Of a DNA stretch of 64,000 nt, positions 38,898 through 53,312 are shown in pieces. Below the pieces are notes generated by a model. The model ran no database searches, was not told the DNA's origin, and worked only from the letters and a program-made list of their open reading frames with translations. Position 1 is the stretch's first letter; each line of letters opens with the position of its first letter. The position numbers and the translations under genes were made by a program. Origin of the DNA: Octopus vulgaris. Lineage: Eukaryota. Location of the stretch: positions 57,598,001-57,662,000 of the forward strand of contig OX597826.1 in NCBI GenBank assembly GCA_951406725.2, given 5' to 3'.

Positions 38898-39574
38898 TTG
38901 TTAATCCATTGTATGAACACACTGGTTCGGGAACGGAATTTGCTCAGGGGGTGCAAAGCCAGGTCCAAAAATTTTTACAAACAAGGTCTTATTGCTTTTA
39001 TTTATTTATTTATTTTCTTTCGTTTTTTTTTTTTTTTGAGAAGAAATCTAACTTCGAGCTACCTTTTACAGATCGCTATCTATTCACTGTTTTCTAAACC
39101 TGGGAAAAGTAAGTAGGGGTGCAAATTTTGATTTTGCACGCCACAAAAATTTTGTATGAACATCCATTTTTCTATACTAACACTATACATACACATACAC
39201 ACATATATAATTATATTATTACTTATATATATATATATATATATACTTATATATATATAAAGATATAATACAAATAAGAAAAGATATTACCAATATGAAT
39301 TGGTAATATCTGTAAGTCGATGATTGAAAGGAATCTGTTCCTCCATTTTCTTATTTGTATTATGAATTTTAGGTAAAATATTTTACCTTCGCCCATCTAA
39401 TACAATAAATGAATTAATTGCATTGCAATTATAAGCATTTATGTATTTGCCTTTTGGGTACTTCACCAGCAGTATATTGGATAACTGATATCCCATAGTG
39501 GGTTACACTCATAACCCCTATCTCACTTTGTACTTTATATATAAATATATATATACAATGCCAACCACTCTGAG

Positions 39575-39755
39575 AGCATAAAAATACCCATTACACTCTG
39601 AGTGGTTGGCGTTAGGAAGGGCATCCAGCTGTAAAAATCATGCCAAATCAGACTGGAGACTGGTGCAGCCCCTCAGCTTACTGGCCCTGGTCAAACCATC
39701 CAAATCCAACCCATGCCAGCATGGACAAATGAATGCTAAATGATTATGATGATGA
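39575..39755 (+). mobile_element. RTE-clade LINE 3' end, degraded
   Basis: Terminal block and (GAT)n tail. Confidence 0.75.
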
Positions 39756-39836
39756 TATACAAACATATATATATTTTTTCAATCTAGATGTTTGTGATTT
39801 GTATCCCGGGTATAAATTTGATTGTGCATTCTGAAA

Positions 39837-39997
39837 CAGGAGTGGCTGTATGGTAAGTAGCTTGTTTACCAACCACATGGTTCTGGGTTCAGTCTCACTG
39901 CATGGCACCTTGGGCAAGTGTCTTCTACTATAGCCTCGGGCTGACCAAAGCCTTGTAAGTGGATTTGGTAGATGGAAACTGAAAGAAGCCTGTCGTA

Positions 39998-40051
<54 letters not shown>

Positions 40052-40270
40052 CGTGTATGTTTGTGTGTCTGTGTTTGTTCCCCTAGCATTGCTTGACAAC
40101 CGAAGCTGGTGTGTTTATGTCCCCGTCACTTAGCGGTTCGGCAAAAGAGACCGCTAGAATAAGTACTGGGCTTACAAAGAATAAGTCGTGGGATCGAGTT
40201 GGTCAATTAAAGGCAGTGCTCCAGCATGGCCGCAGTCAAATGACTGAAACAAGTAAAAGAGCAAAAGAGT
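39837..40270 (+). mobile_element. SINE family A
   Basis: Match to the family, with several CpG transitions. Confidence 0.9.
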
Positions 40271-40614
40271 AACATGGGACTATATTTTTGTAGTGGTGCT
40301 TCACATCACTGGAAGAAGTGACCCAACCTCAAGGTATCAAAATCATAATATCTGACTGGCAGCTGATGAGGGAAATTCCTCTGGATATGTTACTATATGC
40401 ATTCTTGTTGTTTGGTTAATGTTTTTACACATTGGTACTGTCCTGTTTCATTTAATTCAAGTACCTAGGATGGTGTCGGTTCTTTGTTATTAGTCATTAC
40501 AATGGCATGAATTTGACGTTAATCATAAATTTTTGTTTCGTGATACTAATTTTCCCAAAAGTTTAAGTTTATCGTGATTGTAGCATTGTTGTACGACACA
40601 TATGTTGAGTATGT

Positions 40615-43160
<2,546 letters not shown>

Positions 43161-43693
43161 AGAGGTATCAGTAAAGAACAAAAACACTGGAAGAGACAGG
43201 AGTCTGAGGGAAGGTCATGTCATGAGTGTACACAAACAACAAAACAAACACAGGCACAGAAGCATCAGTAACAAACAAAACAATGAAGGAGACAGGTTGA
43301 GAGGGGGGGCAAGAGAGGGGGAAGAGAGAGGGAGAGGCACGATGCCACCAGAAGTGAAAGGAATCGGCAGTAGGTGTTATTTTAAGGAATTTACAAGGTT
43401 CGGATTTCTAATGAAGTTGGACCCTCATCAATGCTTTACCCATACTACTGTGTTCCTTTCATGAATGAGGCCCTAGGAGGAGAAAGACCTGGCAGTAAGG
43501 GAGTGTCAGACAATTCAAGAATACAGCTGAAGACTGTTCATTTTGAATTTGGAACACAGAGAAGAGTGTGTGTGTGTGTGCATGTGTGTGTGTGTGTGCG
43601 TGTTAGAGAGAGAGAGAGATCATTAGATGATTAGTGATGATTAAAATAATCTAAAAAGATTCTAGAAAAAGAATGAATTAATGAATGTGAAGA

Positions 43694-44091
43694 GAGTGGC
43701 TGTGTGGTAAGTAGCTTGCTTACCAACCACATGGTACCGGGTTCAGTCCCACTGCGTGGCACCTTGGGCAAGTGTCTTCTACTATAGCCTCGGGCCGACC
43801 AAAGCCTTGTGAGTGGATTTGGTAGACAGAAACTGAAAGAAGCCCGTTGTATATATGTATATAATATATACGTGTGTGTGTTTGTGTGTCTGTGTTTGTC
43901 CCCCTAGCATTGCTTGACAACCGATGCTGGTGTGTTTATGTCCCCGTCACTTAGCGGTTCGGCAAAAGAGACCAATAGAATAAGTACTGGGCTTACAAAG
44001 AATAAGTCCCGGGGTCAAGTTGCTCGACTAAGGCGGTGCTCCAGCATGGCCGCAGTCAAATGACTGAAACAAGTAAAAGAGTAAAAGAGAG
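43694..44091 (+). mobile_element. SINE family A
   Basis: Match to the family. Confidence 0.9.
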
Positions 44092-44257
44092 TGTGAAAAC
44101 AAAAGAGGGAAGCAAAAAAAGAGAAAAAGGATAAACTGGCAGAGAGAGAAAAAGAGAGACAGAGAGAGAGAGAGAGAGTTGTTTATACATTACTTGTACC
44201 AATTTAACCATAACCCTTCTCTTAATAGTACAGTTAAATCAATGGTATTTATTACAA

Positions 44258-44494
44258 GGCGGCGAGCTGGCAGAAACGTTAGTGCACTGGGTGAAATGCT
44301 TAGCGGTATTTCGTCTGTCGTTACGTTCTGAGTTCAAATTCCGCCGAGGTCGACTTTACCTTTCATCCTTTCGGGGACAATAGATTAAGTACCAGTTACG
44401 CACGCACTGGGGTCGATGTAATCGACTTAATACCTATGTCTGTCCTTGTTTGTCCCCTCTATGTTTAGCCCCTTGTAGGTAATATAAAGAAATA
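44258..44494 (+). mobile_element. SINE family B
   Basis: Full match; imperfect TSD GTATTTATTAC / GTATTTATGAC. Confidence 0.9.
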
Positions 44495-44979
44495 TGTATT
44501 TATGACTAAATGAAGATACCAATGAATAAATATATTTCTTACATGGACAGGAATTCTAAGATGTGTAAAAGAGGGGAATAGCAAGCTGTAATGTTCATCT
44601 TCAAGTTTTCAAATACGTCAACAAATGACGCAAATATTCAGTGGCGCTGTTCCATCTTGGAATCAGAACCACGTCAAGGATTCATCATTTCCTTTTTCTT
44701 TCTTAGGCAAAGAACAAAGCCTGAAACTTCACACAACTTAAATCATAACCCAGACGAACATCACCTCCTGGTTTGTGAATACCTTTCACAGAGCCTGCTC
44801 TATTGTAGCATGTAAGCCAGATCTTTTGGTCTAAGTGTAACTTCCTCTCTTCTTCCCCTACATCTTGTCTCAGAAGCCACAAAGAGGGTGATGGTTATTG
44901 TTCTTTCCTCCTTTGATTCTCTCCCTCTCTCAGTGCTCTTACTTGATAGGGCTGGGGCCATCCTTGGTTACCAGACCCA

Positions 44980-45125
44980 GAGGTGTCATTGCGTGTAGAG
45001 TTGACCAAGTCCACCAATGCCCCCATGTCACCTGCTCTGCATCCTTGAAAGTGATGTTGAGCTGATGGAGATCTTCCTTAATCGTATCCAACCAACACCA
45101 TAAGGCCTCTTCCAGCCTGCAGCTG
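44980..45125 (-). pseudogene. Decayed LINE (RTE-like) ORF C-terminal fragment
   Basis: The minus strand gives AGWKRP (frameshift) WLDTIKEDLHQLNITFKDAEQV, like the GWKRPRGRP..W.D.I..DL C-terminus of RTE-type ORFs. Confidence 0.6.
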
Positions 45126-45503
45126 ACTATGTTACAATAAAAGAGTTTTAATTTATTAAAGCCCCCTATGAATTCATCTTTCAGGAGTTTCACCATTGGT
45201 GTCTAACACACACTCTGCTTTATCATCCCAGATGTTGGTGCCTGTTAAATGTTGATCTGAGAAGTCCCTCTAATTTTGCTGAATACTAAAGAAACATATC
45301 TAATAGTGGTGCCTCAGAAAAATGCATTCACAAATTCTCTAAAGTGTTTGGTGTCAGGACAAGCATCTAGATGCAGACATTAAGTCAAAAATGAAATACA
45401 TGAGAGAGATTTGGTTCTCCAATTCATCTACGAGAGCAGCAATAACCCATTTGGTTCATGTCAGTATGGAAAACAGAAATCAAACAACACGGTGATGATA
45501 ATA

Positions 45504-45734
45504 TATTTCTTTACTGCCCACAAGGGGCTAAACATAGAGGGGACAAACAAGGATAGAGGAAGGGATTGAGTCGATTATATCGCCCCCAGTGCAAAACTGG
45601 TACTTTATTTATCGACCCCGAAAGGATGAAAGGCAAAGTTGACCTCGGCGGAATTTGAACTCAGAACGTAACGACAGACGAAATACCGCTAAGCATTTTA
45701 CCCAGCGCACTAACGTGTCTGCCAGCTCGCCGCC
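45504..45734 (-). mobile_element. SINE family B
   Basis: 16-bp TSD CACGGTGATGATAATA at 45488-45503 and 45757-45772; extra head-like 22 nt at the 5' junction. Confidence 0.9.
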
Positions 45735-46850
45735 TTGCCAGTTCGACACCTTAAATCACGGTGATGATAATAACAATATGATGAGGATGGCAATGATAAT
45801 ATGATGATGATTATGAAATTCCTGAAAGTGGTTAGATGCAACAAGTAAAAAAATTGGTCTTTGTTTATGCAAAATGAACACATCTGAGTGGGTCCAGTAA
45901 ATGGTTGATAGAAGTGGAGTAGATATCTACTATTTACAAAACTCAACAAAAATCACTGAAGATCAGATTAATGCACTCAAAATATTTACCAAAATTCTCT
46001 TAGATACCGTGCCCTCAAAAAGAAAAAAAAAGCTCCATACATAAAATCAAAAACACCATTTCATTAATAAACCATTTAAGTTACTGTCATGGTATAACTT
46101 TGTAACATCACAGTTTAGCCCCAGGTCAGCTCTGAGTAGATCATGCAATCAAACTCCTTTCAACTACAACCATCTTATCCTTTCCTACAATGTCAAACAT
46201 ACTCCCCTTGCCTTTTTCTTAAGTTGCTAAGGCTTGATTTCAAGATGATCTGGTTGCTATTTCTAGCAAGTCAAATGACCACGTAGAGGCTCCTTCACAA
46301 TTTTACCTCCATCGCTGACAAAAATGCTTAGCAGCATTTCTTCCAGCTCTTTATGCTCTAAGGTTAAACTTCCACAATGGTCAGCTATCCCTTTCATTTT
46401 TTCAGGGTTGATAAAATGAAGTACAAGTTGAAAACTAGGGTCAATGTAATCAACTTACTCCTCCCTTAAAATTACTGCCTTCTGCCAGAATTTGAAACCA
46501 TTTCAAAGGCTTTCTGTTCTTATGAACTGATTTTATTTTTCCAAAATGCATCACCTACTGACCATATTTTTTTTAGCACTTTCCTTAGTTCTTCTATACA
46601 ATACTGTGTCTCTTTGGAAATGTCTGTCTTTGTCACCACCCACCCACTCACTCACCCTTTTGAAATAGTAATTTGCAGCTATTCACATCATTCATTAACA
46701 ACACCAGCCTCACCTATCAATGCCAATTCTATAGTGTTCTAAAACCTAAAAATATCTCTGGGCACTGCCCCCCCCACTCCTTAAAACAACAACATCCTAA
46801 TTTAGTAATTACTGTACTATTGTCATGTATGTGTGTGTGTTGTGTGTGTG

Positions 46851-46935
<85 letters not shown>

Positions 46936-47216
46936 TGTGTGTACAGTCAACCATTTATACAGATACACACATCCATAATAAAACTCATGAAGAATTTGTT
47001 CTGTTTAATATTTCAGGCAATGATGAAACCTGCTATTTGAGGATATGAAATAAAGAAATAAAGAAAGAAATAAAGAAAGAAAGAATGAGAGAAAGAAAGA
47101 TAATTAATTTGTTTAATTATAAATATGAAGGAAGCGTAAGCATCTACAGAGTGAACATATACCCTCTTATTTCTCCAGGATGATAATCTATCTAAGGTAG
47201 AGATGAATAAAAAGTG

Positions 47217-47305
47217 AAAAAAAAAGCTTTCTGTATCAGATTCGAACGCATGATCCGTGGACCAGATCAACAATCTAATAGTTTAACCCACACGACTATT
47301 TTTCT
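47217..47305 (-). pseudogene. Degenerate tRNA-like / Pol III-type sequence
   Basis: Minus strand has an A-box-like TAGTCGTGTGG, an anticodon-like arm TTAGA-TTGTTGA-TCTGG, B box GTTCGAATC and then a T9 run; the T-stem and acceptor stem are broken. Confidence 0.35.
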
Positions 47306-48181
47306 GCAACCCTGGATAATTTTACAGGCGAAGTGGACGTCAAACTAGCAACAACTAAGTCAGCTTTGATTGTCTCCCTTGGCTCAAGCTAGGCAAAGTT
47401 AGTTAGACGGACACACAGACACAGACAGACAGGAGGAGGAATCGACCATTTCTGGTAGAACAGATGGCATCGCAATGGAGTGAGAATTGCACCTGTCAGT
47501 TTAACACCTTCCGTGGTAGTCAGAAACGAATAGAATTACGAAAACCTCGCCTTACACTGTTAAAGAGGTGACGAAATGGGTGTTACATCTTAAACCATTT
47601 GTGTTTTATTTGTTACAGGAAAATTTAATGTTAAGGAGCATAGGATTAAAAATACAAATATAAGAAAGAATTAATTGCATAAAAATTGTTAGAAGAACGG
47701 ATTAAAAATAACACACCTAACATCAATGTTTATATTTCATAGAAAATGAAAAATTACGAAATATTTGTATTTAAAATAAAATGATTTTCCACATGAGATT
47801 TTTCCTGAATCTAAATTAATTTTAAATACTTATAAATGACAATAACTGGAAAATGATAAAGAAAAGAGAGAAGGAAAGAGTGAGAAGTAGATAGACACAA
47901 TGTGTTGCCTTGTAATCAGTTCTGGATCAGCCACGGCAGCTCCTCGCTAGACAAGATTAACTTCCCTTTAGTCATAAAATTCCCAGTTTCCTTATAAACA
48001 GGAATTGATTGATTGTTAGACTTTCTTAGCCCCTCTTCATTATTTTCTGCCAAAATGAATTTATATTCTCTGTCTGTCTGTCTGTCTCTGTCTCTCTGTC
48101 TGTCTCTCTGTCTCTCTCTCCCTCTTTCTCTCTCACACACATAACACATGTATCTGTGTGTATGTGCATGCACACACTACC

Positions 48182-48408
48182 TATTTCTTTATTACCCACA
48201 AGGGGCTATACATAGAGGGGACAAACAAGGACAGACATAGGTATTAAGTCGACTGCATCGACCCCAGTGCGTAACTGGTACTTAATTTATCGACCCCGAA
48301 AGGATGAAAGGCAAAGTCGACCTCGGCGGAATTTGAACTCACAACGTAACGGCAGCCGAAATACCGCTAAGCATTTCGCCCGACGTGCTAACGATTCTGC
48401 CAGCTCGC
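48182..48408 (-). mobile_element. SINE family B
   Basis: 16-bp TSD GCATGCACACACTACC at 48166-48181 and 48410-48425. Confidence 0.92.
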
Positions 48409-48424
48409 AGCATGCACACACTAC

Positions 48425-48458
<34 letters not shown>

Positions 48459-48459
<1 letters not shown>

Positions 48460-48677
48460 GAGTGGGAGCTGAAGTGATCCTGGCTTTAAAGGTATCATGA
48501 AAGGTCTGGTTGGAGGCCCAACCGTCCAAGTTCTTTTAAAGGGCTTAGAAAAATTGAGGGACCGCTGCAAAAAGTGCATGAATCTGAGACGGGGATATGT
48601 TTAAAAAAAATCCTAATTAAATGATCTTCCTGAATTTTTCTTTTACCCAAAGGCCAGAACTTTTCAGCATGCCCTCA
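48459..48677 (+). mobile_element. Tc1/mariner-derived non-autonomous element, degraded
   Basis: Imperfect TIRs TGAGTGGGAGCTGAAG..CTGGCTTT / AAGGCCAGAACTTTTCAGCATGCCCTCA after a TA; internal remnant resembles the mariner transposase C-terminus (G..KL.DR..KC....G.YV). Confidence 0.6.
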
Positions 48678-48729
48678 TGTGTGTGAGTGCATGCATGTGT
48701 AAATAGTTAGTGAGTGAGTAAGAGAGAGA

Positions 48730-48730
48730 A

Positions 48731-48762
<32 letters not shown>

Positions 48763-48827
48763 CTAGATGGATGGATGGATGGATGGCTAGCTAGCTAGCT
48801 AGCTAGATAGATAAATAGATAGAAAGG

Positions 48828-48905
<78 letters not shown>

Positions 48906-48908
48906 CAC

Positions 48909-48968
<60 letters not shown>

Positions 48969-49053
48969 TAGATAGATAAATAGATAGATAGATAGATAGA
49001 TAGATTAGATAGATAAATAGATAGATAGGTAGATAGATAAATAGACAGATAGG

Positions 49054-49095
<42 letters not shown>
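48730..49095. repeat. (GATA)n compound microsatellite
   Basis: Read directly from the sequence. Confidence 0.95.
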
Positions 49096-49096
<1 letters not shown>

Positions 49097-49486
49097 ATAT
49101 GTTTCTTTATTAGCCACACAGGGCTGCACACAGACAGGACAAATTAGAAGGTAGAGCTTTTCTTTTGGGGGTAAAAAAAAGGGGGTTTGGTTTTCGATCA
49201 AAAGGGGGGAGGACAAAAAAAAGGGGGGGGGGATAAAATAAAAAAAAGATAGATAAATAGATAGATAGATAAACAGACAGAGAGACAGTCAGGTAGATAT
49301 GTGTCTGTGTTTGAGAACTGGTGCTGGTTTGTTTGCTTCCCCATAAAATACTGGTTCAGTAAAAGAAAATAATAGAATAATTACTGGTGGGAGGGGGTCA
49401 ATGTGTTCAACAAAACCCTTCAAGGCAGTACCTCAGCATGACTGCAGTCTGTGACTAAAACAAGATAATACATACATATATACATA

Positions 49487-49812
49487 GGCGCAGGAGTGGC
49501 TGGGTGGTAAGTAGCTTACTTACGAACCATATGGTTCTGGGTTCAGTCCCACTACATGGCACCTTGGGCAAGTGTCTTCTACTATAGCCTCGGGCCGACC
49601 AAAGCCTTGTGAGTGGATTTGGTAGACGGAAACTGAAAGAACAACCGATGCTGGTGTGTTTATGTCCCCGTCACTTAGCGGTTCGGCAAAAGACACCGAT
49701 AGAATAAGTACTGGGCTTACAAAGAATAAGTCCCGGGGTCGAGTTGCTCGATTTAAGATTGTGCTCCAGCATGGCCGCAGTCAAATGACTGAAACAAGTA
49801 AAAGAGTAAAGA

Positions 49813-49813
<1 letters not shown>
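49487..49813 (+). mobile_element. SINE family A lacking the internal microsatellite segment
   Basis: The junction AACTGAAAGA|ACAACCGATG removes the (TA)n/(TG)n middle. Confidence 0.9.
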
Positions 49814-49850
<37 letters not shown>

Positions 49851-50333
49851 GTATAATATATATTGTATATTGGATTTATTAACAGGCTGTGTGATAAGAA
49901 GCTTGGGTTCAATCCCAGTGTGTGGCATATGGGTCAAAAACAATGGTTGGCAACAGGAAGGGCATCCAGCTGTTGAGTACTACCACAATAACTCTCGTCC
50001 AAAGAATGCCAATATGGAAATAATAGATGTAAAAGTGATGATGACTTATAACAACATTAATGATATAACTAGCAGAATTGTCGGAGCATTAGAAAGACTA
50101 CCTCACAGTATTTGTTCCAGCTCTCTGTACATTGAGTTCAAATCCTGCTGAGGTCAACTTTGCCATTCATACCTCCAGGGTCAATAATTGAAGTATCATT
50201 CTATAACACTGGATTGGCAGAATTGTTAAAGCACTAGACGACATGAATATGCATCATCTAGGCTGGCCTCACTTTGTGCCAGTTCAAGCCCGTGAGGGAA
50301 TGCAAAGATCATCAGTATTTTTATCTCTTAAAA

Positions 50334-50554
50334 GGCGGCGAGCTGGCAGAAATGTTAGCATGCTGGGCGAAGTGCTTAGCGGTATTTCGTCTGCCGCTAG
50401 GTTCTGAGTTCAAATTCCGCCGAGGCCGACTTTGCCTTTCATCCTTACGGGGTCGATAAATTAAGTACCAGTTACGCACTGGGATCGATGTAATCGACTT
50501 AATACCTATGTTTGTCCACTCTATGTTTAGCCCCTTGGGGGTAATAAAGAAATA
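50334..50554 (+). mobile_element. SINE family B
   Basis: Match to the family; degraded TSD AGTAT(T/C)TTTAT(C/T)TCT. Confidence 0.88.
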
Positions 50555-51699
50555 AGTATCTTTATTTCTGCCTCCTATTAACTAATGCAGAAAAAAAAAA
50601 TTTCATGTTGGACAAGTTGCTTTTTAGTATCCATTTTCTAACCTCTTATTCCAAAGTTTAAACCCCATTAGTGTAATATTTTGTCTTTAACCTTCCCCTC
50701 TTTATTAAATAATTACTAATTATTAAATAAGTCCCAGCTGTATTTTAGAATTGATTGGTATATTTCCACCCAATGTTTCTGGGTGGGCTTATTTTGAATC
50801 TAGTCAAAAGAATAACCCCTACACACACCGTTAAGGTGTATGTAAATGTTATAAAGTAGGTCAACTGGAACCGTTAGATTTTGTCTGTTGAATTGAGGTC
50901 ATTAATAATACTTGAAATCAGTCTGCTACTTTTATCTATAGATTTATACATAATTAAGAAAACCTCATTGTTCAATGTCCATGAGGTAGGTAAACTTCTT
51001 CAAGCGAATAAAATAGTAAACCATCCAGATCGTTTTACGGTGGTTTGTAGAATTGTTTGAAAACCTGTTACGAGTGAAAACATTCCTGAGGAGAGAAATA
51101 TATTTGCTACCCGCTTGAAGGGGTCCCAAAATTGTTATTTTTTCCAGTGTTGAGTCACCCACTATTAAACCCAACTCAGTTCTTCCCAACACAGTACATC
51201 CATTCAATGTGTCTGATATTTTGAAGCTGTAGTATGTGATTTGAGGGAGATCTGATTCTTAATTCTAGCAGATCAACTTGCCTTACATAGAGGTTCCTTC
51301 ATTCGTTCAACATTTTGAGTTGTGGAGTAGTGGATAGATTCACTGGGTGAAAAGTGTACAGCCCAGTCAAAAGCATTCTTCCGACCTTAACCACCCCAAA
51401 TATTGGGGAATTAATTTACTTTACAGTCTAATATAGAGCAGAAATTGTTAGAGGCTTGAATAAAATGCTTTGCAGTACTTCTTTCAACTCTAACATTTTA
51501 AATTCATATTCTACCGAGATCAACTAGGCCCTTCATTCCTTTGGCCTCAATAAAATATAGTACAACAAAAGAAAATAAAATATTGGAAATCAATAGTATT
51601 GACTAACCCCTCTTCACAAAAAAACCAACCTCGCACCTACATCAGAAAATTGTTGTTTGTTGTTGTTGTTGTCGTCGTCGTCGTTGTTGTTGTTGTTGT

Positions 51700-52020
51700 A
51701 GGTGGCCAGCTGGCAGAATAGTTAGCATGCCAGACAAAATGTCTAGCAGCATATCATCTGTCTTTACATTCTGAGTTCAAATTCTGCTGGGGTCAACTTT
51801 GCCTTTCATCCTTTCAGGGGGTCGATGAAATAAGTACCAGTTTAACACTGGGGTCGAGATAATCAACTCATCCCCTCCCCCAGAATTGCTAATTATTTTT
51901 GAAGATGGCATAATGGCAGAATCTTTACAGGGTTTGACAAAATGCATTGCAGTATTTGTTCTGGCTCTTTGTGTTCTGGATTCAAATTTTACTTTATAAG
52001 TACCACTCAATACTAGGGTT
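51700..52020 (+). mobile_element. Two tandem old B-like SINEs
   Basis: AGCTGGCAGAA..CTGAGTTCAAATT..GCCTTTCATCCTTTC..AAGTACCAG with CpG decay. Confidence 0.7.
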
Positions 52021-52224
52021 GTAATTATCTAAACCGGTGGTTCTCAGCCATTTAAAAAATTTTTACCTATGGACCCTGTTGATTCCTATATTACTCAGAT
52101 GGACCCCATAGCCATTTGATCTTTAAAAAATCCTACTGTACTTTTCTAATTAAATATTAGGAATTGTATAAAAAAATTTGTTAGACTATTTTATGTATTG
52201 TAGAAGTATAAACATAAGCTTTTA

Positions 52225-52401
52225 CCCTTCAGTGTTCAGATTACTGTCAAATGTAATGTTTTATATATTCTTGCTAACCAACCACATGGTTCCGGGTTCA
52301 GTCCCACTGCATGGCATCTTGGGCAAGTGTCTTCTGCTATAGCCTCGGGCCAACCAAAGCCTTGTGAGTGGATTTGGTAGACGGAAACTGAAAGAAGCCT
52401 G

Positions 52402-52449
<48 letters not shown>

Positions 52450-52839
52450 GTGTAATGTTTGTGTGTCTGTGTTTGTCCCTCTAGCATTGCTTGACAACCA
52501 ATGCTGGTGTGTTTACGTCCCCGTCACTTAGCGGTTCGGCAAAAGACACCAATAGAGTAAGTACTAGGCTTACAAAGAATAAGTCCCGGGGTCGATTTGC
52601 TCAACTAAAGGCGGTGCTCCAGCATGGCCGCAGTCAAATGACTGAAACAAGTAAAAGAGAGTAAAGAGAGTATTATTTTGAATTACTTTTGCATTGTCCC
52701 ATAGCTTTGACATTTCAATATGATTGTCTATTTTTAGAATGAGATTGTAAGATAGATGTGAGAGGCTGGAAATGGTCAGTTTGGATATGAAACAAGAAGA
52801 ATATTTGGGCTGGATAAAGCTGGTTTAAATGCTAAAGGG
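52225..52839. mobile_element. piggyBac-like MITE (family of 20865-21303), split by SINE A
   Basis: CCCTTCAGTGTT start, AAATGCTAAAGGG-TTAA end; interior similar to 20865-21070. Confidence 0.7.
52270..52670 (+). mobile_element. SINE family A, 5'-truncated
   Basis: Match to the family from CTTGCTAACCAACCAC to the tail. Confidence 0.9.
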
Positions 52840-53189
52840 TTAACACCAAAATCTTACATATGGACCCTGGTTGAGAACCACCAGTCTAAAATATAACCCT
52901 AAAATTGCCTTCCTTATACCTAAATTACATAATTATCATCATCATCATCCTTCACAAACCTCTGCAGTCTAATTGGCCAGTTCTTTTCCCTAGTCAGCAT
53001 AGTGCTAAATGTGACACAAGTTCCCCTGGATGGATCACTAGTCTATATGACAGAATTGTCTTCTAAGTATCAAAGTTTTCTCTGGGGACCAGATGGTTAA
53101 AATACTGAACTGGCCTGTGAGTTCATACCAACTGCAGTCATTTCAGAGTACTTGTAAGTAAAATCAAATTCTAGTACACCTAAGCTTGA

Positions 53190-53222
53190 GTAGTAGTAAT
53201 AGTGGTGGTGGTGGTGGTGGTG

Positions 53223-53286
<64 letters not shown>

Positions 53287-53312
53287 CAGCAGCAGCAGCA
53301 GCAGCAGCAGCA
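53190..53312. repeat. Compound trinucleotide repeat (GGT)n(AGT)n(AGC)n
   Basis: Read directly from the sequence. Confidence 0.95.

Larger units (their letters stand above)
52035..52883. mobile_element. hAT-type MITE containing a piggyBac-like MITE and a SINE A
   Basis: TIRs CGGTGGTTCTCAGCC / GGTTGAGAACCACCA; imperfect 8-bp TSD ATCTAAAC / GTCTAAAA. Confidence 0.75.

Noticed and set aside
40355-40395. CTGATGAGGGAAATTCCTC as a second hammerhead
   Set aside because: No GAAA follows the hairpin and no stem I pairing is present; at most a decayed relic.
44615-44685. Minus-strand ILDVVLIPRWNSATEYLRHLL resembling the hAT DVxTRWNS motif
   Set aside because: The match is short and gapped, bounded by stops, and has no other transposase motifs nearby.
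50942-50985. Possible 44-nt plus-strand micro-exon (TAG|...GAG|GTAGGT)
   Set aside because: The signals are weak, the frame is incompatible with the 47464 candidate, and no product is recognisable.
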